64,000 nucleotides of DNA, taken from an uncultured cyanobacterium. GTDB taxonomy: Bacteria > Cyanobacteriota > Cyanobacteriia > PCC-9006 > JAAUQQ01. The translations under genes and the position numbers were made by a program. Under the pieces are notes generated by a model. The model saw only the letters and a program-made list of their open reading frames with translations. It was not told the DNA's origin and did no database searches. The stretch lies in assembly GCA_963718615.1 (NCBI GenBank), contig OY970368.1, positions 4,064,001 to 4,128,000 of the forward strand, given 5' to 3'. Below, in pieces: positions 30,535 through 39,356 of the stretch; positions within the stretch are counted from its first letter, which is position 1, and each line of letters starts with the position of its first letter.

Positions 30535-31941
30535 ATGAGCACAGGCACCCTCTTCGACAAAGTCTGGGACCTCCACACCGTCAGCACCCTCCCCTCCGGC
30601 CAAACCCAACTCTTCATCGGCCTCCACCTCATCCACGAAGTCACCAGTCCCCAAGCCTTCGCCATGCTGCGCGATCGCCACCTCCCCGTCCTCTTCCCCG
30701 AACGCACCGTCGCCACCGTCGATCACATCGTTCCCACCGACAACCAAGCCCGCCCCTTCGCCGATAGCCTCGCCGAAGAAATGATCGCCACCCTCGAACA
30801 AAACTGCCAAGACCACAACATTCGCTTCTACAACATCGGCTCCGGGAGCCAAGGCATCGTCCATGTCATCGCCCCCGAGCAGGGCCTCACCCAACCCGGC
30901 ATGACCATTGCCTGCGGAGACAGCCATACCTCCACCCATGGGGCCTTTGGGGCGATCGCCTTCGGGATCGGCACCAGCCAAGTCCGCGACGTCCTCGCCT
31001 CCCAAACCCTCGCCCTCGCCAAACTCAAAGTCCGCCGCGTCGAAGTCAACGGCAGCCTCCGGCCTGGGGTCTATGCCAAAGATGTGATTTTGCATCTCAT
31101 TCGCAAACTCGGCGTCAAAGGCGGCGTCGGTTACGCCTACGAATTTGCTGGTACAACCTTTGAGCAAATGTCCATGGAAGAGCGCATGACCGTGTGCAAC
31201 ATGGCCATCGAAGGCGGTGCCCGCTGCGGCTACGTCAATCCTGATCAGACCACATACAACTATCTCAAAGACCGCGACTTTGCCCCCCAAGGGGCCGATT
31301 GGGACAAGGCCGTCGCCTGGTGGGAGAGCCTGCGCAGCGATGCCGATGCTGAATACGATGATGTCGTAGTGTTTGAGGCCGCTGCCATTGAACCGACGAT
31401 TACCTGGGGAATTACGCCGGACCAGGGGATTGGCGTCAGCGAGAGCGTACCTAGGCCGGAGAGTTTTGCGGAGAGCGATCGCGTCATCGCCCAGGAAGCC
31501 TACGCCTACATGGACCTCGCCCCCGGCAGCGCCATCAAAGGCACCCCCATCGATGTCTGTTTCATCGGCAGCTGCACCAACGGACGCCTCAGCGATCTGC
31601 GGGAAGCGGCCAAGGTCGCCCAGGGTCGCCAGGTGGCCAACGGCATCAAAGCCTTTGTGGTACCCGGTTCCGAACGGGTCAAGCAAGCCGCCGAAGCAGA
31701 AGGACTCGACAAAATCTTTGAAGCTGCCGGGTTTGAATGGCGGGAAGCGGGCTGCTCCATGTGCCTCGCCATGAACCCAGACAAGTTGCAAGGGCGACAA
31801 ATTAGCGCTTCTTCTTCCAACCGCAACTTTAAGGGTCGTCAAGGATCAGCCTCGGGCCGCACGCTGCTCATGAGCCCTGCCATGGTCGCCGCCGCCGCCA
31901 TTACCGGCCAAGTCACCGATGTCCGCGAATTGTTGTTGTAG
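30535..31941 (+). CDS. leuC: 3-isopropylmalate dehydratase large subunit
   Basis: [32 protein letters not shown]. Confidence 0.98.
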   Translation: MSTGTLFDKVWDLHTVSTLPSGQTQLFIGLHLIHEVTSPQAFAMLRDRHLPVLFPERTVATVDHIVPTDNQARPFADSLAEEMIATLEQNCQDHNIRFYNIGSGSQGIVHVIAPEQGLTQPGMTIACGDSHTSTHGAFGAIAFGIGTSQVRDVLASQTLALAKLKVRRVEVNGSLRPGVYAKDVILHLIRKLGVKGGVGYAYEFAGTTFEQMSMEERMTVCNMAIEGGARCGYVNPDQTTYNYLKDRDFAPQGADWDKAVAWWESLRSDADAEYDDVVVFEAAAIEPTITWGITPDQGIGVSESVPRPESFAESDRVIAQEAYAYMDLAPGSAIKGTPIDVCFIGSCTNGRLSDLREAAKVAQGRQVANGIKAFVVPGSERVKQAAEAEGLDKIFEAAGFEWREAGCSMCLAMNPDKLQGRQISASSSNRNFKGRQGSASGRTLLMSPAMVAAAAITGQVTDVRELLL

Positions 31942-31966
31942 GGACATGGCAATGCCATGTCCCTAG
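31938..31966. repeat. GTAG-type REP hairpin overlapping the leuC stop
   Basis: G-TAGGGACATGGCA-A-TGCCATGTCCCTA-G. Confidence 0.75.
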
Positions 31967-32116
31967 CCTGAAACGACGGGGAATTGATTGAGTTTTCAGT
32001 TCCCCAACACCTGAGTTAACCCCATGTTGAGCTTGCTCTTAGATTGCCCTGGGCGATCGCCCAAATCCCCTTCTCGGCCTGTTTTCATTTCATTTTCTCG
32101 GAGTTAAATCAAACTC

Positions 32117-32773
32117 ATGCCCCCTACCAATCCAACCTCCAATCCCAGCCTAGATTCCAGCCTCAATTCTAGCGCCGTCACCCACCACCAAGGCCGCGCC
32201 GTGCCCCTGGTCGGCAACGACATCGACACCGATCGCATCATCCCCGCCCGCTATCTGCGCTGTGTCACATTTGATGGCCTAGGCGAGCATGTCTTTGCGG
32301 ACGATCGCACCCAAACCCAAGGCCAACATCCCTTTGACCAACCCCAGTACCAAGGGGCAACCCTTTTGCTGGTGAATCGCAACTTTGGCTGTGGGTCTAG
32401 CCGGGAACATGCGCCCCAGGCGATCGCCCGCTGGGGCATCAATGCCATCATCGGCGAAAGCTTTGCAGAAATCTTCTTTGGCAACTGTCTGGCCATGGGC
32501 GTTCCCTGTCTGGTCGGCTCACCCGAAACCCTAGCGGAGCTTCAGCGGCGAGTAACCGCCGATCCGACCGTAGAGCTCCAGATCGATGTGGTCAATCCCC
32601 AGGTTCGCTGCGGCGATTTTTCGGCCCCCCTGAGTCTGCCTGAGGGTCCCCAGCAAATGCTCGTGAGCGGCACCTGGGATGCCTGTGGTCAACTGGTCGC
32701 CCAGGCTGAGCAAATTCGCTCAACGGCGCAGCGTCTCCCCTATTTGACTTGGGATCCGGGAACTGCGGCTTAG
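32117..32773 (+). CDS. leuD: 3-isopropylmalate dehydratase small subunit
   Basis: [26 protein letters not shown]. Confidence 0.97.
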   Translation: MPPTNPTSNPSLDSSLNSSAVTHHQGRAVPLVGNDIDTDRIIPARYLRCVTFDGLGEHVFADDRTQTQGQHPFDQPQYQGATLLLVNRNFGCGSSREHAPQAIARWGINAIIGESFAEIFFGNCLAMGVPCLVGSPETLAELQRRVTADPTVELQIDVVNPQVRCGDFSAPLSLPEGPQQMLVSGTWDACGQLVAQAEQIRSTAQRLPYLTWDPGTAA

Positions 32774-32988
32774 GGATCTGGCCGGCTCAAAAGTGATGAG
32801 TGCTGAAAGCTTTATCAGCTCAAGGCACTCAACCCTGTAAATTCGTTGATCAGGCCTTCAGAAGACAGTGTTTTGGGTGGCTGAGTTTGGATGGAAACCG
32901 AGGATGAAGCCTCTAGATTCCTTGACTCGATGGTGAAGATTTTGTAATTTTCTACGCTGACTCAAAGAAAGTTATTATACTGAGACAT

Positions 32989-33173
32989 GTCTAATAATAC
33001 TTACTCAAGGATGTTATCCGGCGGCTATGCCGGGATAATGCCTTGAAATGGGTTGTTATCATGCAATATTGCCTGGATAAGTGGCTGAGACCAGGGAGTA
33101 TACGGCGTTGGTGCTTGAGAATACCTGGAAGAGGGAGTTATCAGGCATTGTGCATAAGAATAACTTGTTAGGT
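32989..33173. other. Long attC-like recombination element
   Basis: Bounded by GTCTAAT and GTTAGGT; internal arms TCAAGG.TGTTATCC.GGC/GCCGGGATAATGCCTTGA and TGCCTGGATAA/TTATCAGGCA. Confidence 0.5.
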
Positions 33174-33217
33174 AGCTTAAATTTTTAGTGATGTCATTTT
33201 CATAGGCTCGTGTATTT

Positions 33218-34375
33218 ATGTCATGGGATTCTCCTGTCTTTAGTGTCTGTGTATCAGGTGGTTCTTGGATATGGGCTGCGTGGAACAGTACTAAGGATGC
33301 TTATGCCTTTCTGGAGAAACCTGAAAAAAATTTATCGCTTGATTGCTTGTTCTACGCTGAAGCACCCTCTAAAGAAACTGCAATCAAAACAGCCCGTAAG
33401 ATGTTGGGTACTCACATTAAACAAATAGGTAATGAGTGGGCAGAAGAAGTTTGCAAGGTAATCAATAAAAAGCCTCAAGTCACTTCTGAGGTAATTGGAA
33501 AGAAACCTTATCTTGATGCTGATGACCGTGACGTAATCACTGATGAACTTCAGAAATCTTTAGGCCAACTTCATTTGCTGACTGGATTGAGTGCCGTTAA
33601 ATCTACCGTTCAGGAGTTGGTCAATATTACAAAAGTAGCTCAGATGCAGGTTAAGGCAGGCATTAAAGCTCCTTCAATCACCAGGCATCTTGTATTCACA
33701 GGTAATCCTGGAACAGGTAAAACTACAGTGGCTAGGATTCTTGGCGAAATTTATAAAAATCTTGGTGTTTTATCAAAAGGACATTTTATTGAAGTAGACC
33801 GAAGCAATTTAGTTGCAGAATACTTAGGACAAACAGCACCCAAAACAGTAAAAGTGGTTGAAGCTGCGTTAGGAGGTGTACTTTTTATTGATGAGGCTTA
33901 CTCGCTGGTGCCAGATGGTCGCGGAGATGTATTTGGACAAGAGGCGGTCAATACACTCTTGAAAATGATGGAAGATCACAGAGAAGATTTAGTGATAGTG
34001 GTTGCAGGATACAAGGGGGAGATGTCTCGATTCATTGACTCTAATCCTGGTCTAAAGTCCAGATTTTCAAGATCAGTTCATTTTGAAGACTATTCTCCTT
34101 CCGAGTTAGCCGAGATTTTCAAAGTCAGATGTGAACAGCATGGCTATCTATTCTCAGATAAGACGCTAGAATCTGTGCGTCATTTAGTCAATCAATTTGA
34201 ACATCAAGTTGGAGAGCTTGGAAATGGTAGATTTGTGAGAAACATTTTTGATCGCTGTGTTGCTATTCAGTGTAACCGTTTAGCAGCATTAGCCAAGCCA
34301 ACAAGAGAAGACTTGAAAACCTTCCTTCCTACTGATATTCCTACTTATGAGCAACTAGCTCAGTCTCTTCTTTGA
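33218..34375 (+). CDS. AAA+ ATPase of the CbbX/SpoVK/EccA clade with unknown N-terminal domain
   Basis: HLVFTGNPGTGKT, LFIDEAY, NPGLKSRF, GNGRFVRN. Confidence 0.88.
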   Translation: MSWDSPVFSVCVSGGSWIWAAWNSTKDAYAFLEKPEKNLSLDCLFYAEAPSKETAIKTARKMLGTHIKQIGNEWAEEVCKVINKKPQVTSEVIGKKPYLDADDRDVITDELQKSLGQLHLLTGLSAVKSTVQELVNITKVAQMQVKAGIKAPSITRHLVFTGNPGTGKTTVARILGEIYKNLGVLSKGHFIEVDRSNLVAEYLGQTAPKTVKVVEAALGGVLFIDEAYSLVPDGRGDVFGQEAVNTLLKMMEDHREDLVIVVAGYKGEMSRFIDSNPGLKSRFSRSVHFEDYSPSELAEIFKVRCEQHGYLFSDKTLESVRHLVNQFEHQVGELGNGRFVRNIFDRCVAIQCNRLAALAKPTREDLKTFLPTDIPTYEQLAQSLL

Positions 34376-34397
34376 AATTATCAGTGTGTATAGCGCT

Positions 34398-34484
34398 ACC
34401 TAAACCAGGGCTTGTAGCGGATGGCCTTAACACTCTGGCAATCCTCGAAGACCCTTGTCACCGCTAAAGCCTCAGTCGTTAGAT
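34398..34484 (+). other. attC site (87 bp)
   Basis: ACCTAAAC...GTTAGAT. GGCTT(G)TAGCGG(A)TGGC pairs with GTCACCGCTAAAGCC, leaving two extrahelical bases. Confidence 0.72.
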
Positions 34485-34665
34485 GCACTGAGCTCTTGAA
34501 GTGGACAGGTTACAAGATTGCATCAATAGTAAGCACCTGGTTATGGCATTCTATTAGAAGCACTTGCATCGTAGAATAGAAATCACTCACAAGCTTTCCT
34601 CCAATCCCTATCAAAAGTGTATAATTAAAGCTAATACTCCTACTGGCCAAGTGGGCAGTCATTCA

Positions 34666-35748
34666 ATGCATCCCAAAAACCCACTTTTTCAAAAATGTAT
34701 TTCTTATCTTGAACAACTACCTAGTATTAAGGCAGTTGTTCAAGGAGAACCCTATTTTTCTAGTGAAGTTTTAGCTGATGGTAAACTGGTAATTAATGCT
34801 TCAAACAAGAGCATTAACTATGTCTGTGAGATCAAAACTGGGCTTACAAATGATGTAGTAGAACAAGTAACTAAATATTTTTCCAGTTTAGGAAAAAGAC
34901 TACAGAACGATGAAAGGCCCTTACTAGTTACACGGGGTTTATCTAATCTGGTTATAGAGCAACTCTTAAAAAGAAATATAGAGTTTATAGATGTTGATGG
35001 CAATATTTATCTTAATGGCCCAGAGCTTTATGTACTGGTTCGCAAGCAAGTTTCTAAGGAAAGTGCAAGTAAATCTTTAGAAATTACTGCTGCTTCACTA
35101 CAAGTCATACATACCTTACTCAGTCAACCAAATTTTTTGGGCAGGGGGTATGATTTTGACGAAGAGGTTGCTTCTATTTCCGGTGTCACTCCGAAAACTG
35201 TGAAGAATACTCTTAAAAAACTTCAAGATTTAGATTATATCACGTACAGGCATGGAAAGTATGAAATCGTTGATTATGTCAAACTTCTTGAGCGCTGGGA
35301 GTTAGGATATTCTGAGAGATTACGTGCAAAATTAATTCTTGGAACTTTCACTCCCATCGGAAAGATTAGTTTTTCAGAAGTTGCAAATAAAATCAAAGAA
35401 GGTGCAAGGAATTACGGTTATCTAATAGGTGGCGAGCTTGCCGCTTCAATAATGACTGATTATCTTCGACCTATTAGTGCAACTTTACATCTCAGTAATG
35501 ATTTTGATAGTCGTGAATTAGCAGTCAATTTGAAGCTAAAGCCTGATCCTGATGGTGTTATCACATTTCTTCAAACTTTTGGCAAGTTTAACTATCACCA
35601 AAATGAAATTGGGGAATTTCAACAGACTCTAATTAATCCATTGTTTATTCATGCAGAACTAGTGCGAACTGGAAACAGCCGATTAAAAGAAACAGCCGAA
35701 CTTATCTACGATAGATATATTGAGGAATTGGCACAAAGGCATGATTAG
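34666..35748 (+). CDS. AbiEi-like (type IV TA) antitoxin/regulator
   Basis: IEFIDVDGNIYL, HTH SGVTPKTVKNTLKKL, GGELAA, YLRP, PLFIHAELVRTGNSRLKETA. Confidence 0.78.
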   Translation: MHPKNPLFQKCISYLEQLPSIKAVVQGEPYFSSEVLADGKLVINASNKSINYVCEIKTGLTNDVVEQVTKYFSSLGKRLQNDERPLLVTRGLSNLVIEQLLKRNIEFIDVDGNIYLNGPELYVLVRKQVSKESASKSLEITAASLQVIHTLLSQPNFLGRGYDFDEEVASISGVTPKTVKNTLKKLQDLDYITYRHGKYEIVDYVKLLERWELGYSERLRAKLILGTFTPIGKISFSEVANKIKEGARNYGYLIGGELAASIMTDYLRPISATLHLSNDFDSRELAVNLKLKPDPDGVITFLQTFGKFNYHQNEIGEFQQTLINPLFIHAELVRTGNSRLKETAELIYDRYIEELAQRHD

Positions 35749-36520
35749 CTCTAATGAAAAGCAAGTTTTAGCTGATCTAATCTATATTGTTAGCTCATTA
35801 GACTTGCCAATGATGTTAGTTGGCGCAGGAGCTAGGCTTTTGATATTTGACCAGAGGTTTGGAGAAGGAAGAGGAACAAAAGACTGGGACGTGGCAATTT
35901 CCATAAATGATTGGGGAGCCTATCAAAAACTCTGTGAATTCCTAACAACTGGTGATTCGCCACGATTTAAATCAACAAAGAATTCCCACAAATTTATACA
36001 TATTAAAACTAAAATCGAGGTCGACATAGTTCCGTTTGGTGAAATTGGCGAGCCAGATCAGAAAATTGTCTGGTCTGACAGTGGTAATTCGATGAATGTT
36101 TCAGGCTTTACGGAAGCTCTCTTACATGCAAAAACTACTGTTATTGATGATTTGGAAATCCCAGTGGTTGACACGCCAGCTTTTGTTGTTCTTAAAATCT
36201 TTGCATGGGGAGATCGTGGAGAACGTACAAACAAAGATTTAGAAGATATTGAATTTATTTTATTGAGGTATGAAGATGATGAGCGTGTGTATTCTGAACT
36301 AGCAGGAGAACTTGCTGATGGAATCGTTGAATTTCTCGATGCTAATATTTACTTGCTTGGTCAAGATATTTACAAAATACTTCAAGACAAAACTCTGATC
36401 GAACTTGATTTACTATTGAATAAATTGATTGAAAGTTTAAGAACTGACAATTCTGAATCGTTGGGCTACAAGTTAAAAGTCTTTCAGGCAGGGATTCGCT
36501 CTTTATATCCGCAAGCGTGA
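35741..36520 (+). CDS. AbiEii-like nucleotidyltransferase
   Basis: VGAGAR, RGTKDWDV, VDIVPFG, LKIFAWGDR, KDLEDI; overlaps the antitoxin stop. Confidence 0.8.
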   Translation: MISSNEKQVLADLIYIVSSLDLPMMLVGAGARLLIFDQRFGEGRGTKDWDVAISINDWGAYQKLCEFLTTGDSPRFKSTKNSHKFIHIKTKIEVDIVPFGEIGEPDQKIVWSDSGNSMNVSGFTEALLHAKTTVIDDLEIPVVDTPAFVVLKIFAWGDRGERTNKDLEDIEFILLRYEDDERVYSELAGELADGIVEFLDANIYLLGQDIYKILQDKTLIELDLLLNKLIESLRTDNSESLGYKLKVFQAGIRSLYPQA

Positions 36521-36606
36521 TCTAAAATGCCCATGCATCCGATCGCCCAAAAGCTACCTGTACAGATCTTGAGGTTATCTGCGGCGGGTGATGGGTAACG
36601 TTATTT
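36520..36606 (+). other. attC site (87 bp)
   Basis: ATCTAAA...GTTATTT. CCCAT(G)CATCCG(A)TCGC pairs with GCGGCGGGTGATGGG, with the same G/A bulges as the 34398 site. Confidence 0.72.
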
Positions 36607-36621
36607 ACTTTTTCTAGAATC

Positions 36622-36987
36622 GTGAAATACAAGAATATTCGAGCTGCCATTCACAATTTTGGGCACTCTTTCATGAGTGACATGAACTATATTGCCGAAG
36701 ACTTCGTTCGTAATGATTTAAAGAAAATACATCGCAAAGGCGAGAATATTGTAATCGATTGGCTGACTGGAACTTTTAATCCTTCCAATCATGTAAACGA
36801 TCGAATCATCCAGTCCATTCATCTCTGGAGAGATCGATTGCCTAAGGATCTTGAATCGCTTCAGGTAGATGCTTCAAAACTTCAGCGTCTAGTCATGAGT
36901 TGGCCAGCTAATAGTCCTTCTCAGATCATGCAAGCCACCGACGATCGGGGCAAAGACTACAGCATTGAAATCACGAAAACGCTTTAG
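36622..36987 (+). CDS. Hypothetical protein (cassette ORF)
   Basis: 121-aa ORF starting 15 nt after GTTATTT and followed by TCATAAC (36993). Confidence 0.7.
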   Translation: MKYKNIRAAIHNFGHSFMSDMNYIAEDFVRNDLKKIHRKGENIVIDWLTGTFNPSNHVNDRIIQSIHLWRDRLPKDLESLQVDASKLQRLVMSWPANSPSQIMQATDDRGKDYSIEITKTL

Positions 36988-37073
36988 GGGTATCATAACA
37001 AGATGGATCGGGATGGTCGGCCTTGTGTAGTAATGAAGCCAATCAGGATTGTCCTTTCGGGATGAGTAATGAC

Positions 37074-37373
37074 TCAAAAAGGCTTAGGGAAGCTTCCAAT
37101 CACAAGATTTGTGCCTGTTTTCCAAGCAACCTTTGCAACATTATCGATAAAGTCAAATTCTGGCTTAGAAGCATGGAAGGGGCGAAGGCCAAGATCTTGA
37201 ACCTTATATTTGATTTTTAGTTTTAGATTTTCAGGCAACTGAGTAATGCCCAACTCTGATGCCTTCACATTTTTGATCCAGAACTCATTACAGAAAAAAG
37301 GTGGCTTGTCAAAAAGAGCTGCCTGTAGGGTGCCGTTTTTCTCAAAGAACTTGATTTCATGAACGTATGCCAT
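37074..37373 (-). CDS. Hypothetical protein
   Basis: 99-aa ORF with GAGG RBS; GTCCAAC at 37388 to its right. Confidence 0.6.
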   Translation of the reverse strand: MAYVHEIKFFEKNGTLQAALFDKPPFFCNEFWIKNVKASELGITQLPENLKLKIKYKVQDLGLRPFHASKPEFDFIDNVAKVAWKTGTNLVIGSFPKPF

Positions 37374-37474
37374 GTGACCTCGCTGAAGTCCAACAATATG
37401 ACTGCAATTCCTTATACTACGAGAATCGTAATAACTCCGGACTTTAAAAATAAAATTTATTCGGGAAGTCTAAA

Positions 37475-39304
37475 CCCGGATATCTCACCAGTGCCGAGGG
37501 ATCGGGGTCACCAACCAGCGAGAATGTAATAACCACAAGACATTCAGCGGTTTGCAAAGATGGCCCCGACCCAAACAGAGTGTAACTTGCCAAGCTACGA
37601 GTTTGGACGCCTGAATCAACGCAAGATAGTAGCGAACTTTAGCGGTGGTGAGCTCAGCAGTGATGGAGGGCTGCTGCTAATTCGAGAAATCGACCAGCTA
37701 TATCGAATCAGTGAGCGGCTGTCCGAGTGCTTTACGGATCACCGCGATGGCAGCCGGGTGCAACATGAATTGAAAACGCTGCTCGGGCAACGGCTTTATG
37801 GATTGGTGCAAGGCTACGAGGACGTGAATGACCATGACGACCTTCGGCATGAGCGATTATTTGGGGTAGTTCTGGGTCAGTTAGAAAGCCAGCATCCGCG
37901 CTGTGCACCGTTAGCGGGCAAGAGCACCCTCAACCGATTGGAGCAAGCGATGCATGTCCCCCGCGACTTGTCAGATTCGCGCTACGTGAAACTGAGCCTG
38001 GACCCGGCTGCCATCGAGGCGCTCTTGGTGGAGCTATTCATCGAACAACTCGAAGGTGAACCGAAACAAATCATCCTGGACATGGATGTCACCGATGACC
38101 CCACCCATGGCACCCAGGAAGGTTCAGCGTTCAATGGGTATTACCGCCATGACTGCTACACCCCGTTGCTCATCTTCAGTGGTCGCCATTTGTTGAGTGC
38201 AAAACTGCGACCGGCCAATGTGGACCCCGCAGCGGGAGCGTTAGAAGAACTCCAACGCATCGTGGCTCAGATTCGAGGTCATTGGCCGAAGGTGAAGATT
38301 CTGGTGCGCGGCGATAGTGCTTACAGCCGAGATGACATCATGCTGTGGTGTGAAGGTGAAGCCCAGGTGGACTTTGTTTTTGCCCACAGCAGCAATGAGC
38401 GCTTGCGCCAATTGACTTGGGGGTTAGAACAGCGAGCCAAAGCCGTTTATGAGGCCCAGCGCCAAACGGTTGCTGCCACCTTAGAACCTCTGTTAGAGCA
38501 GAGTGCAAGTGAACTAGAGGCTGAACTCAACCGCTTGGTTCCGCCCCAGGTTTGGCATCAGTCCTTGAGCTATGCCACGCTTAAATCCTGGAGCTGTGAG
38601 CGTCGCGTCATTTGCAAGCTCACCTACGATGGCAATGGCCCACGTCGCCATTTCGTTGTCACCTCTTTGACAGCACAGCAGGCCCATCCCGCTCACCTTC
38701 ACCGCGATTATTACTGTCCGCGAGGAGAGATGGAAAATCGCATCAAGGAGCATCAGCTTGACCTCTTCAGCGACCGCACCTCCACCCATGACTTTGAAAG
38801 CAATCAGCTCAGACTCTGGTTTTCATCCTTCGCCTATGTCTTGATGCAGGCCCTGCGCCTCAAGGCACTCGCCAAAACTGAACTCGCTGATGCGACTCTG
38901 GGCACCATTCGACGCAAGCTGCTCAAGCTTGGCGCACAGGTTCGCATCTCTGTCAGGCGCATTCTCGTCGCATTCACTTTCGCTTCGCCCATACAAACCC
39001 TCTTTGAAGCGGCAGCACAACAGTTGCGCAGACGACTCCCTAGGCCAGGATAGACCGATGAGTAGAACTCTAGCCTTTCGCTCCGACTTTAATTCAACGA
39101 CTCTCCAAGGGTGAGATTACACACCCTTGCTTTGACCTGCTCAAAATCTGCCTGAAGCCCCATATCTAGAGCACAATGACTACCTTTACAGCATAGACAG
39201 CCTGAAAGATGCCTCAGGCATCCTCTATTGCTCGAGTCAACAGACTGCTCATCTCATTTCGGGCAAGCCTGATACTCTCTATCCGCCCTGGTGAGAAATC
39301 CGGG
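37475..39304 (+). mobile_element. IS1380-family insertion sequence, intact
   Basis: Terminal inverted repeats CCCGGATATCTCACCAG / CTGGTGAGAAATCCGGG; 5-bp target duplication CTAAA (37470-37474, 39305-39309). Confidence 0.92.
37560..39053 (+). CDS. IS1380-family DDE transposase
   Basis: FSGGELSSDGG, GYEDVNDHD, LDMD, RGDSAY, YCPRGEMENRIKE. Confidence 0.95.
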   Translation: MAPTQTECNLPSYEFGRLNQRKIVANFSGGELSSDGGLLLIREIDQLYRISERLSECFTDHRDGSRVQHELKTLLGQRLYGLVQGYEDVNDHDDLRHERLFGVVLGQLESQHPRCAPLAGKSTLNRLEQAMHVPRDLSDSRYVKLSLDPAAIEALLVELFIEQLEGEPKQIILDMDVTDDPTHGTQEGSAFNGYYRHDCYTPLLIFSGRHLLSAKLRPANVDPAAGALEELQRIVAQIRGHWPKVKILVRGDSAYSRDDIMLWCEGEAQVDFVFAHSSNERLRQLTWGLEQRAKAVYEAQRQTVAATLEPLLEQSASELEAELNRLVPPQVWHQSLSYATLKSWSCERRVICKLTYDGNGPRRHFVVTSLTAQQAHPAHLHRDYYCPRGEMENRIKEHQLDLFSDRTSTHDFESNQLRLWFSSFAYVLMQALRLKALAKTELADATLGTIRRKLLKLGAQVRISVRRILVAFTFASPIQTLFEAAAQQLRRRLPRPG

Positions 39305-39356
39305 CTAAACAGTCTGGCTCTCCTGAATTCACAATTTCGTGCAAGAAGTCTATTAT

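Noticed and set aside
30520-31842. 440-aa minus-strand ORF
   Set aside because: Antisense shadow of leuC caused by codon bias; no motifs
33218-34375. Rubisco activase CbbX
   Set aside because: No Rubisco genes nearby, unrelated N-terminus and cassette context
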